A stretch of DNA of 64,000 nucleotides from Bacilli bacterium (GCA_045628045.1 JAZQOV010000007.1:1-64000), one strand, 5' to 3'; shown: positions 31,605-40,925, counted from the stretch's first letter. Notes: generated by a model not told the origin, from the letters alone. Program-made: numbers and translations.

Positions 31605-33119
31605 ATGGCATACAATGGATTCGCTATTGATAAGTATCTTGATGCTGTTCAAGTTACAAAAGATCTTGATGAATTAATTAAGAAACCAATTTACTCAATC
31701 AAACCTGAGGCACTTCAAGTTTACGAAGAAGAATATTTTGGAAAGAAATGTCAAAAATCAAAAGAAATGATTGAAAAGGCAAAAAACATCATTCCAGGTG
31801 GTGTTCAACATAACCTTGCATTTAACTATCCATTCCCAATCGTTATGACTAAGGCTTTAGGAAATAAGCTTTATGATATTGATGGAAATGTTTATTTCGA
31901 CCTTCTCCAAGCTGGCGGACCAACACTTCTTGGTTCAAATGATCCAGTTGTAAGAGAAAAAGTCATTGAACTTTTAAATACATGTGGTCCTTCTACAGGT
32001 TTATTCCATGAATATGAATACAAATTAGCAGAACTTATTCACCAATGTGTTCCTTCAGTTGAAAAATTCAGAATGTTAGGTTCTGGAACTGAAGCATGTA
32101 TGTGTGCACTTCGTATTGCTAGACTTAAAACAGGACATAAAAATGTCCTTAAAATGGGTGGAGCCTATCATGGTTGGTCAGATCAAATGGCCTATGGCAT
32201 GAGAGTTCCAGGAACAAAAAATATTAAATCTGGTGGTGTTCCAATGTTCGTCTTTAAACACACAGACGAATTCTTTCCAGGCGATTTAAAATCTCTTGAA
32301 CGTAAGTTAAGAAAAAATAGATTATGCGGTGGAACAGCTGCTGTTTATATTGAACCAATTGGTCCAGAATCTGGTACAAGACCAGTCACAAAAGAATTCG
32401 TCCAAGGTTGTGAAAGATTAGCTCACAAATACGGCGCACTTCTTGTCTGCGACGAAGTCGTTTCTGGTTTTAGAATTGGCGTTGGTGGTGCTCAAGCATA
32501 TTTTGGCATCAACCCAGACTTAACAATTTTTGGTAAGATTGTTGCTGGCGGTTATCCAGGCGCAGGTGGCGTCGGTGGACACGCAGATTGTATGGCTCAC
32601 TTAGGTGCTGGCCTTGATACAGGCGCTAAAAAAGGAAAAAAACAAAAGAAGATTAAAAAAGCTATGTGCGGTGGCACAATGGCTGCAACTCCAATCAGCT
32701 GCGTAGCAGGTTATTACGCAATTAGTGAAATTATTAGACGCAATGCTTGTGAAGTCGCAGGTCGTATGGGTGATCGTTTAACAAAAGGATTACAAGATTT
32801 AATTAAGAAATATAATTTACCATTCGTTGCATTTAATATAGGTTCAGTTTGTCACTTAGACACTGTTGGCACAATGCACTTCTGTATTGATTGGAAACGT
32901 ATTTGGACAATTCCACATGTCTTAAAAGAAACAACAAAGAGACAAAGAGAAATGGAACATATGGGTGCTGCTTACATGGCAGAAGGTATTGTTACCTTAG
33001 CAGGTTCAAGACTTTATACTTCTGCAGCATACACTGAAGCAGATGTTGATGAAGTTTTACGTAGATTTGAAAAAGTCTTCCAAAACTGTGCTCAACTTGA
33101 ATTCCCAAATAAAAAATAA
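31605..33119 (+). CDS. Class III PLP-dependent aminotransferase (GSA-aminomutase-like fold, substrate unknown)
   Basis: IPGGV, YDIDGNVY, SGTEA, GAYHG, DEVVSGFR, PDLTIFGKIVAGG (PLP Lys). Confidence 0.85.
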   Translation: MAYNGFAIDKYLDAVQVTKDLDELIKKPIYSIKPEALQVYEEEYFGKKCQKSKEMIEKAKNIIPGGVQHNLAFNYPFPIVMTKALGNKLYDIDGNVYFDLLQAGGPTLLGSNDPVVREKVIELLNTCGPSTGLFHEYEYKLAELIHQCVPSVEKFRMLGSGTEACMCALRIARLKTGHKNVLKMGGAYHGWSDQMAYGMRVPGTKNIKSGGVPMFVFKHTDEFFPGDLKSLERKLRKNRLCGGTAAVYIEPIGPESGTRPVTKEFVQGCERLAHKYGALLVCDEVVSGFRIGVGGAQAYFGINPDLTIFGKIVAGGYPGAGGVGGHADCMAHLGAGLDTGAKKGKKQKKIKKAMCGGTMAATPISCVAGYYAISEIIRRNACEVAGRMGDRLTKGLQDLIKKYNLPFVAFNIGSVCHLDTVGTMHFCIDWKRIWTIPHVLKETTKRQREMEHMGAAYMAEGIVTLAGSRLYTSAAYTEADVDEVLRRFEKVFQNCAQLEFPNKK

Positions 33120-33121
33120 TT

Positions 33122-33901
33122 ATGGCTTATTCATTAGAGGAAGCAAAAAAACTTGTCATTAAGGCTGGCCTTGAGCTTTCGAAAAAGAAACTCATTGCTA
33201 GAACTTGGGGCAATATTTCTGCTCGTATTTCTGATACAGAATTTGTTATTACTCCAAGCGGAATTCCTTATGACAAAGTTAATAACAACAACATAGTTGT
33301 TGTAAAGATTGAAGATTGCTCTTGGAGTGGCGATGTTAAACCAAGTGGAGAAAAGAAGGTTCACGCTGCTATTTATAAAGCACGTCCGGATGTTAATTTC
33401 ATTCTTCACACACATCAAAACTACGCAACAGCAATCTCTGTTGATGGAAAAGATAAGGACTTCGTTCCTGTAGCAAAATATGGACTTCCATCCACAAAAA
33501 CTTTAGTTAATAACGTTGCAACAGCAGTTATTAATAACAAAAATAAAAATGCTGTTTTAATGGCACGTCATGGCGCAGTTATTTACGCAGATAACTACGA
33601 TGATGCTTTTAAGACCGCTCTAGAACTTGAAGAAAAATCAAAAGAATTGTTTGATAAAGTTGCAACAAAAAAGAGTGCTAAACAAGAAGCCAAACCATAT
33701 TTAGATGATTATGCACAAATGTTTGGACACTCAAAGAAAGCAGTTGAAGAAGATAAAGAAGCAATTGAACTTATTAAATTTAAGAATTCACTTGCTGCTT
33801 CTTATCAAAAGAAATTAAAACCAATGAAATGCTTAGACGTTGCATTACAACATTTCATTTATAAGAAAAAATATTCAAAGTTAGCTAATAAAGCTAAATA
33901 G
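33122..33901 (+). CDS. Class II aldolase/adducin family protein
   Basis: GNISAR, ITPSG, KPSGE..VH, HTH, MARHG metal-binding motifs. Confidence 0.88.
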   Translation: MAYSLEEAKKLVIKAGLELSKKKLIARTWGNISARISDTEFVITPSGIPYDKVNNNNIVVVKIEDCSWSGDVKPSGEKKVHAAIYKARPDVNFILHTHQNYATAISVDGKDKDFVPVAKYGLPSTKTLVNNVATAVINNKNKNAVLMARHGAVIYADNYDDAFKTALELEEKSKELFDKVATKKSAKQEAKPYLDDYAQMFGHSKKAVEEDKEAIELIKFKNSLAASYQKKLKPMKCLDVALQHFIYKKKYSKLANKAK

Positions 33902-33911
33902 GAGAAAATTT

Positions 33912-35516
33912 ATGAAATATGTAATTGCATATGACATAGGTACTACTGGAGTAAAGACCTGTATTTTTAAGCTTAGCGATAAGATTGAATTTATTGCTGG
34001 CGAATCAGCGTCTTATCCACTTTTCGTTCTTCCAAACGGTGGAGCTGAACAAGATCCAAACGATTGGTGGAAGGGAATGTGCGAATCTACTGCCGCAGTA
34101 CTTAAAAAAGCCAAAATTAAACCAGAACAAATTGAAGCTTTATCATTTTGTTCTCAAGCACAAGGCGTTGTTTTAGTAGATAAAAATGGAAAACCTGTAA
34201 GACGCGCAATGTCTTATATGGATCAAAGAGCTACTGAAGAAGTTAAGAAAGGTATTTCGTATGGCTTACAAATTGCTGGTGCAAATATCTTTAAACTTAT
34301 TCCAAGCTTAGTGATTACTGGTGCTGTAACCTCAAGTGCTAAAGACCCTGTTTGGAAATATAAATGGGTCGAAGCTCATGAACCAGAAGTATTTAAAAAG
34401 ATTTATAAATGGCTTGATGTTAAAGATTATTTAATCTGTCGTTGTACAAAAGAATTTACGATGACAGATGACACAGCATTTGGCACTCTTATCTATGATA
34501 ATAGACCAGAAAAAGGTGGTTGTTTCTCAGAAAAGATGTGCAAAATGTTTAACATTAACATGGACCATCTTCCAAAGATTATTCGTTCAACTGATGTAGC
34601 TGGCTTACTGTGTAAGGAAGCCGCAAAAGAACTTGGACTTAAAGAAGGAACAAAGGTTTTTGGTGGCGGCGGAGATTCAAGTTTAATTGGTATCGGCGCT
34701 GGCGCAACACGTGTAGGTGATACACACGTTTATGTTGGAACGTCAGGTTGGGTTATTACAGTCACTGACAAGAGAATGGTTGATACATCTGCAATGATAG
34801 CCGCTATTACTGGTGCTGATCCAGGCAAATACAATTACTTTGCAGAAATGGAAACCGCAGGTAAATGTTATGAATGGGTTCATGACCATTTGGCATTAGA
34901 TGAAATTAACATGTACATGGCTGAATTTGGTGATAAATTCCCAGGTTATGAAGGCCACAAAAGAACAATGTATGAATTCTTAAATGAATCTATCAAAGAC
35001 GTAAAACCAGGAAGCAATGGTGTAATTTTTACACCATGGTTACACGGTAATAGATGTCCATTCGAAGATCCACATGCTTTGGGAATGTTTTTTGGTCTTA
35101 AAATTGATACCGGAAAACGCGATATGATTCGTTCAGTTCTTGAAGGTATTTATTATCACTTAAGATGGATGATGGAATGTGAAGATAAAAAACTCGACAT
35201 TAAAGACACATTAAGATTCTGTGGTGGTGGAGCACTTTCTCCTATTGCATGTCAAATTCTTTGCGATGTTTTAGGAAAGAAACTTGAAGTTGTGGAGCAT
35301 CCTCAAAACGTTGGAGCAATGGGCGCAGCTGCAGTTATGGGAATCGGTTTAGGCTTAATTAAAAACTTTGATGAAGTTAGAAAATATATTCCTGTAAAAG
35401 ATACATTTACACCAAATAAAGAAAACCATGAAGCTTATGAAGTTTATTATCAAACATTCAAGAGTTTACATGACGCGAATAAAAAACAATTCAAAATGAT
35501 TGAAGGAGCAAAATAA
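33912..35516 (+). CDS. FGGY-family carbohydrate kinase (xylulokinase-like)
   Basis: DIGTTGVK, EQDPNDWW, KDYL, GGGD, GTSGW, GGGA. Confidence 0.9.
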   Translation: MKYVIAYDIGTTGVKTCIFKLSDKIEFIAGESASYPLFVLPNGGAEQDPNDWWKGMCESTAAVLKKAKIKPEQIEALSFCSQAQGVVLVDKNGKPVRRAMSYMDQRATEEVKKGISYGLQIAGANIFKLIPSLVITGAVTSSAKDPVWKYKWVEAHEPEVFKKIYKWLDVKDYLICRCTKEFTMTDDTAFGTLIYDNRPEKGGCFSEKMCKMFNINMDHLPKIIRSTDVAGLLCKEAAKELGLKEGTKVFGGGGDSSLIGIGAGATRVGDTHVYVGTSGWVITVTDKRMVDTSAMIAAITGADPGKYNYFAEMETAGKCYEWVHDHLALDEINMYMAEFGDKFPGYEGHKRTMYEFLNESIKDVKPGSNGVIFTPWLHGNRCPFEDPHALGMFFGLKIDTGKRDMIRSVLEGIYYHLRWMMECEDKKLDIKDTLRFCGGGALSPIACQILCDVLGKKLEVVEHPQNVGAMGAAAVMGIGLGLIKNFDEVRKYIPVKDTFTPNKENHEAYEVYYQTFKSLHDANKKQFKMIEGAK

Positions 35517-35517
35517 C

Positions 35518-35988
35518 ATGGAAAAAGCAAAGAAAAAAGAGTTAATACGTACATTAAAGTACGTACTCATTGCAGCATCAGCTGGTCTTATTCAACTTGG
35601 CACAACTGCAATTTTATCATTGATTTGGCCTGTTGAAAAATTTGCAAACGGACCAGTACTATTCTATTTAATCGGTTTAGTTTTATCAGTTATTTGGAAT
35701 TTAACAATTAATAGAAAATACACTTTCAAGAGTGCAAATAATATTGGCATTGCAATTCTTTGGACAATTGGATTCTATTTGATTTTCACTCCTGCTTCAT
35801 TGCTTTTACAAGGTTGGCTAACAAATGGTGTCATGATTGAAAACTCAACTTTAATCTTAAAAAATCACTTAGGATGGCACACTCTTATTGGAACTATTAT
35901 TTGTATGGTTCTCAATCTTAGTCTTGAATTCCCATTCCAAAAATATATTGTCTTCAGAGGCTCGATTGACCAAACTGAAAAGAAATAA
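35518..35988 (+). CDS. GtrA-family small membrane protein
   Basis: Four TM segments; LSVIWNLTINRKYTFKS and FQKYIVF motifs. Confidence 0.78.
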   Translation: MEKAKKKELIRTLKYVLIAASAGLIQLGTTAILSLIWPVEKFANGPVLFYLIGLVLSVIWNLTINRKYTFKSANNIGIAILWTIGFYLIFTPASLLLQGWLTNGVMIENSTLILKNHLGWHTLIGTIICMVLNLSLEFPFQKYIVFRGSIDQTEKK

Positions 35989-36017
35989 AAATAGGGCTCG
36001 AATTTGAGCACTTTTTC

Positions 36018-36476
36018 TTACCTTATTTTTAGTAATAAACTTTTAATTATATCTTCACAACATTGAGTGATTTGATCGCACACAATTGAGTATTCTCCGG
36101 AATACCACGGATCGTCAATTTCCCCGGGATTTTCCGAATATTTTGTGATATTTACGTACTTTTTTGAAACGTCTTCAATCAAGTGTTTCATGAAATTTAA
36201 GTTGTTATTATCCATAAAGAAAATATAGTCAGCCCAATCATAATCTTGCTTTGTTATTTGCATTGCGTGGTGAGATTCATAAGCAATATTTCGATGATCT
36301 AATTCTCTTTTCATTGGAGGGTAAATATCGTTTCCGATTTCTTCTCTAGATGCCGCTCTCGAGATAACAGAAAAATATTCCTCTAATTCATATTTTCTTA
36401 GAAGATCTTTCATTATCCATTCTGCAGCAGGAGATCTGCAGATATTGCCATGACAAACAAAAATAATATTTTTCAT
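36018..36476 (-). CDS. Low-molecular-weight protein-tyrosine phosphatase
   Basis: FVCHGNICRSP P-loop, IDDPWY. Confidence 0.93.
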   Translation of the reverse strand: MKNIIFVCHGNICRSPAAEWIMKDLLRKYELEEYFSVISRAASREEIGNDIYPPMKRELDHRNIAYESHHAMQITKQDYDWADYIFFMDNNNLNFMKHLIEDVSKKYVNITKYSENPGEIDDPWYSGEYSIVCDQITQCCEDIIKSLLLKIR

Positions 36477-36525
36477 AATTTAAATTCTATTTACATTTTT
36501 TATGTAAATCAATATCATATTACGT

Positions 36526-36927
36526 ATGAATTCTAAAAGGGAAGTATTTGTAGTTGCAGGTGCTATCGTAAAAGATGGCAAAGTTTTTTCTGCACAACGT
36601 GGAAATAAAGGAAAGACTGCATACAAATGGGAATTCCCTGGAGGAAAAATAGAACCAGGAGAGACTCCTGAACATGCACTTGCTAGGGAACTTCAAGAAG
36701 AACTTTCCATAAATGTTGAGGTTCATGAATTAATCACAGCAATAGTGGATGAATATGAAGATGTTATTTTGCACATTGATACTTATCGTTGTACTTTACT
36801 TTCGGGAACTCCAACTTTATCAGAGCACATTGCTTTGCAATGGTCTAATAAAGAAGAACTCGATAAACTCACATTTTCACCTGCTGACGCACCAACTCTG
36901 AAAAAGATTAAAGAACTGTATCTCTAA
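36526..36927 (+). CDS. MutT-like NUDIX (d)NTP pyrophosphohydrolase
   Basis: WEFPGGKIEPGETPEHALARELQEE Nudix box. Confidence 0.92.
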   Translation: MNSKREVFVVAGAIVKDGKVFSAQRGNKGKTAYKWEFPGGKIEPGETPEHALARELQEELSINVEVHELITAIVDEYEDVILHIDTYRCTLLSGTPTLSEHIALQWSNKEELDKLTFSPADAPTLKKIKELYL

Positions 36928-36933
36928 TACTTT

Positions 36934-37016
36934 GCAGAGGTGGCGAAATTGGTAAACGCGTAGGCCTCAGAAACCTATCCGCAAGGTTGTGAGTTCAAGT
37001 CTCACCCTCTGCACCA
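36934..37016 (+). tRNA. tRNA-Leu(CAG)
   Basis: Type II cloverleaf, loop CTCAGAA, A73, CCA; C31-A39 mismatch. Confidence 0.85.
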
Positions 37017-37098
37017 ACAAGAAATAAAGATAAGGTCAATTTATAGACCTTTTCTTTTTATTGAAAATAAGCTTTATCTTTAGTAATATAATAACGTT

Positions 37099-37183
37099 GC
37101 CCAAGTGGTGAAATTGGTAGACGCAAAGGACTCAAAATCCTTCGGAGAAATCCATGCCGGTTCGAGTCCGGCCTTGGGCACCA
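37099..37183 (+). tRNA. tRNA-Leu(CAA)
   Basis: AAGGA-CTCAAAA-TCCTT, long variable arm, CCA. Confidence 0.93.
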
Positions 37184-37223
37184 TCTTAGATTACATTCCT
37201 ATGGAATATATAGGAGAATATAT

Positions 37224-38117
37224 ATGACAAATTATCAAATATTTACAGACTCATCAAGTGATCTCACTCATGAGATGAGACAACAATTTAATATTGATTA
37301 TTTTAGAATGGCTTTTACTGTCAACGGAGAAGAAATTAAGGCAGATTTAGACTTTAAACTCTATTCTTATGAACAACTCTATGAATGGATTAAAAATCCT
37401 GAAGTAGAAATAAAAACATCGCTTGTTAAAATGCAAGAATTCATCGATAGACTTACTCCATATTTAGATAAAGGAATCGATATTCTTTATATTGCGTGCA
37501 CAACTGTTTTAAGTGGAACACTTAATTTCTTTAGACTTGCAGCAGAGGAATTAAAACAAAAATATCCTGAAAGAAAGATTGTTGGTGTTGATTCATCTCG
37601 CGCTGGCATGACTCTTGGCATCATGGTTATGGATGCTTGCAAACTTCAAAAAGAAGGCAAAACAATTGAAGAAGTTATTACTTTTGTTGAAAAGGAAAAA
37701 CAAAAATATAACCTATGTGGAACTGTTGAAACATTAACCTATTTGAAGAATGCTGGCAGAGTTTCTGGCGCAGCTGCTTTCTTTGCAAATATGTTTGGAA
37801 TTAAACCTATTATTGTTGCCGATACCAAAGGACATAACTATGTTATTGGCAAAGTAAAAGGCATGAGAACCGCATACGAAAAATTATTTGAAATTGTTAA
37901 AGAAACTGTTGAGGAACAAACTACACCTATCATTTATGTTGGTCAAGGGTTTAACCAAGAAGCAGAAGATTATTTTATTGAAAGATTTACAAAGGAATTA
38001 AATGCAAAAATTGTGAAATATAAAGTTGGTCCTATTATTGGCATTTCCTGTGGACCAGGAGTTATTCATATTGTTTGCAAAGGTAAAGAAATGACTATTA
38101 CTGCACCGGAGGAATAA
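37224..38117 (+). CDS. DegV family fatty-acid-binding protein (FakB-like)
   Basis: FTDSSSDL, KTS, LSGT, VDS, LTYLKNAGRVS, IKPII, GPG. Confidence 0.92.
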   Translation: MTNYQIFTDSSSDLTHEMRQQFNIDYFRMAFTVNGEEIKADLDFKLYSYEQLYEWIKNPEVEIKTSLVKMQEFIDRLTPYLDKGIDILYIACTTVLSGTLNFFRLAAEELKQKYPERKIVGVDSSRAGMTLGIMVMDACKLQKEGKTIEEVITFVEKEKQKYNLCGTVETLTYLKNAGRVSGAAAFFANMFGIKPIIVADTKGHNYVIGKVKGMRTAYEKLFEIVKETVEEQTTPIIYVGQGFNQEAEDYFIERFTKELNAKIVKYKVGPIIGISCGPGVIHIVCKGKEMTITAPEE

Positions 38118-38120
38118 AAA

Positions 38121-39248
38121 ATGGTAGAGATAAAAGAGGTTAAAACTAGACAAGAAATAAAATCTTTTATTAATTTTCCTTTAGAGATGTATAAAGATAA
38201 TAAAAATTTTGTTCCACCTCTATACATGTCTGAAAAAGAATGTTTTAAAAAGAATAATTCTTTTTCTTCTGCTTGTGATACTGTTTATTATTTAGCATAC
38301 AAAGAAGGAAACCTTGTTGGTAGAATTTCTGGAATTATTCAAAAAGATGCTAATGAAAAATGGAATCAAAAACGTGTCAGATTCACTCGATTTGATTCAA
38401 TAAATGATCAAGAAGTGGCGGATGCATTATTTGATGCTGTCGAAAAATGGGCAAAAAATAAAGGAATGAAAGAAATTTGTGGTCCGCTTGGTTTTAACGA
38501 CCTTGAAAGGGAAGGACTCCTGATTGATGGTTTTGATAAATTATCGACGTTCGAGGAACAATATAATGCCGAATATTACCCTACTTTGGTAGAAAAACAT
38601 GGCTTCAAAGGCGAAACGGATTGGATTGAAAGAGAACTTAGATTACCTAAGGACCGTGAAGCTTTAGACAAGATTACTCGTATAAGCGAACTTATGATGA
38701 AAAAATATAAGCTTACTTATATGATTGAAAAAAGTGTTAATGTTTTTATAAAAAAACATAAAGATGAATTTTTTGAACTCTTAGATGATACTTATTCTGA
38801 TTTGTATGGAACTTGTCCAATTAGAAAGGAAGTCCAAAAAGAACTTCTTGTTGGTTTCAAATTGCTTCTTACAAGCGATAATATTGTAGGTATTAAAAAC
38901 GAAAAAGGTGAAATGATTTGTTTTGGACTTTATTTCCCATCTATTGCAAAAGCACTTCAACCATCTGGTGGTAGACTTACTCCTGCTGGAATAAGAAGAG
39001 TACTTAAGGCAATTAGAAATCCAAACATTCTTGATCTTGGTTTAATTGGTGTCAGAAAGGATTATCGCAATTATGGCGTTCCTGCGATGTTGCTCGTTAA
39101 ATTAATTGAACTTTTAGAGACAGGAAAATATGAACATCTTGAAACAAATTTAACACTTGTTGATAATTACGAAATTAATAACCTTCTAAAGAGATTTGAT
39201 GGTGTTGTTCATAAAGCCAGAAGATCGTATTGCAAAACAATAAAATAA
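38121..39248 (+). CDS. YghO-like GNAT N-acyltransferase (bacterial ceramide synthase bCerS-like family)
   Basis: 375 aa; FINFP..Y..FVPPL, VGRISG, RFTRFD.INDQEVA..LF, GPLGFNDLEREGLLIDGF, YNAEYY, LIGVRKDYRNYG motifs recognised by eye. Confidence 0.7.
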   Translation: MVEIKEVKTRQEIKSFINFPLEMYKDNKNFVPPLYMSEKECFKKNNSFSSACDTVYYLAYKEGNLVGRISGIIQKDANEKWNQKRVRFTRFDSINDQEVADALFDAVEKWAKNKGMKEICGPLGFNDLEREGLLIDGFDKLSTFEEQYNAEYYPTLVEKHGFKGETDWIERELRLPKDREALDKITRISELMMKKYKLTYMIEKSVNVFIKKHKDEFFELLDDTYSDLYGTCPIRKEVQKELLVGFKLLLTSDNIVGIKNEKGEMICFGLYFPSIAKALQPSGGRLTPAGIRRVLKAIRNPNILDLGLIGVRKDYRNYGVPAMLLVKLIELLETGKYEHLETNLTLVDNYEINNLLKRFDGVVHKARRSYCKTIK

Positions 39249-39294
39249 TCAGGATTTATCGCAAAATCCCCAGGAATTCCTTGATATTTTGATT

Positions 39295-39840
39295 ATGAAA
39301 ATTCTAAATTTAATAAAAACTTTAGTGTTCGCGATTGCTGGAATTTTAACCATTTGTTTTCATGATTTTCTTTTTCAAATTATTGATTGTAATTTAAATA
39401 TTTTTGTTGGGGCAATCATTGTTCTTTTTTCAATTGAACCAATTATTTTATTATTTGTAAAAACTGAAAGACATGAATTTTTATCAAATCTCCTAAAAGG
39501 GTCTCTCACTTTTTGTTTTGGTTTACTTATGATGTTGTTAGTGAAGACTGTCTCTTCTCAAATTCTACTCGCTTGTGTTATTTGGGGTGTTTGGTCAATT
39601 CTTCGTGAGCTCGAGGAAATTCGTTCTAATATATCAGAAAAAATCAAAATAACTCCAGTGTGTGCCTTATTAAATATTTCGGAATCTGTTACAGTTATTG
39701 TGCTTACTATTATTTTTATTGTTGGACACAACCCAAAAGAAGTTAATTTTCATCTTTACATTTTGGGTGCCGAGTTAGTTCTTGAATCACTCTGGCCATT
39801 TGCTTACAAATTAGAAAGAATATTAAAAAATAGAAAATAA
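39295..39840 (+). CDS. Hypothetical membrane protein (about 6 TM)
   Basis: Hydrophobic ORF with host-like codon usage. Confidence 0.6.
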   Translation: MKILNLIKTLVFAIAGILTICFHDFLFQIIDCNLNIFVGAIIVLFSIEPIILLFVKTERHEFLSNLLKGSLTFCFGLLMMLLVKTVSSQILLACVIWGVWSILRELEEIRSNISEKIKITPVCALLNISESVTVIVLTIIFIVGHNPKEVNFHLYILGAELVLESLWPFAYKLERILKNRK

Positions 39841-39883
39841 TATATCTTGATTTAATCAAGATATAATTGTATAATGTCAACGT

Positions 39884-40837
39884 ATGTGGGCATTTCTTTT
39901 AATCTCAACATTAGCCTGGGGCATTGCTGAAATTTTCTATAAAAAAGGTAATTGCGCTGACGAAAAATATTCACATTTGAAAACGACAGTTTTTGTGGGC
40001 TTTTTCATGGGCATTTACGCCTTGATTATTTTGTTTACTCAAGGAATTGATCTAAAGACTTTTCCTTCATATTTTGTGAGGTATTTGCCTATTGCAATTT
40101 GCTACATTGTTTCTATGGTGTGTTCTTATTTTGGAGTTAGATTTGTTGAAGAATCTATTTCCGATCCTATTGAAAACACTTCTGGAGCAATTGTTCCTAT
40201 TTTGTGTGCAATTTTTCTAAAAGAAACATTTTCAAGATTGCAAGTCATAGGAATCATTGTAGTTTTTATCGGTTTAGTTTGTGTTGGATTATTGGATAAA
40301 AAAGGCAACAATGATCGCAAACAGAAATTTGGAAAGAAATTGGCAATTTGGGCAATTTCAATGCCGTTTTGTTATCTTTTTTTAGATTCAGTCGGAACTT
40401 TTTTGGATATTTATTATGTCCAAACTTTATCAGATTCAATTTTATTGAATTCTACTGAGCGAGTGGCAGAGCACACTGCAAACTGTGCTTATGAATTAAC
40501 TTTCTTTATTGTTGCTGTTGTTCTTTTTATATTTTTAAAAATCAAAAAACAAAGTCTGTTTAGTATTTCCAAAGGAACTAGAGACAACAATCTTTTATCT
40601 GCTGTTGTAAGTCAAAAATGGAAAATTCTCGCAGCAGTTTTTGAAACAATCGGACAAGCAACTTATCTTTTTGCATTAAGCGAAGGGACCGGAATTGCTG
40701 CAGTAATTATTGGTGCGGGAACAGTAATTGTTTCTCTAATCTTATCTAGACTCATTCTTAAAGAAAAATTGAGTATTAATCAATACATTTTTGTAGCAAT
40801 TATTTTAATAGGTATAGTCATTCTTTCGTTATCCTAG
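39884..40837 (+). CDS. EamA/DMT family transporter
   Basis: About 10 TM in two repeats, each ending with an LKE motif. Confidence 0.82.
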   Translation: MWAFLLISTLAWGIAEIFYKKGNCADEKYSHLKTTVFVGFFMGIYALIILFTQGIDLKTFPSYFVRYLPIAICYIVSMVCSYFGVRFVEESISDPIENTSGAIVPILCAIFLKETFSRLQVIGIIVVFIGLVCVGLLDKKGNNDRKQKFGKKLAIWAISMPFCYLFLDSVGTFLDIYYVQTLSDSILLNSTERVAEHTANCAYELTFFIVAVVLFIFLKIKKQSLFSISKGTRDNNLLSAVVSQKWKILAAVFETIGQATYLFALSEGTGIAAVIIGAGTVIVSLILSRLILKEKLSINQYIFVAIILIGIVILSLS

Positions 40838-40905
40838 ATAAAAAATAATAAAAAGTATAAAATTTTAATTTTAAAATTTTAGAAAAGTTCAATTTATTGA
40901 ACTTG

Positions 40906-40925
40906 TTTTTTTTTTTTTTTTTTTT
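40906..40925 (+). repeat. Poly-T(20) homopolymer within a terminator/promoter
   Basis: 20 consecutive T between hairpin AAGTTCAAT..ATTGAACTT and TATAAT (40925-40930). Confidence 0.9.

Noticed and set aside
31605-33119. Calling the aminotransferase hemL
   Set aside because: About 70 aa longer than typical HemL, lacks the GGVNSP motif (has GGVQHN), and has no tetrapyrrole genes nearby.
36481-36510. dif-like site (TTATGTAAAT resembles the XerD arm)
   Set aside because: The left arm and spacer do not fit dif, and gene orientation does not switch here.
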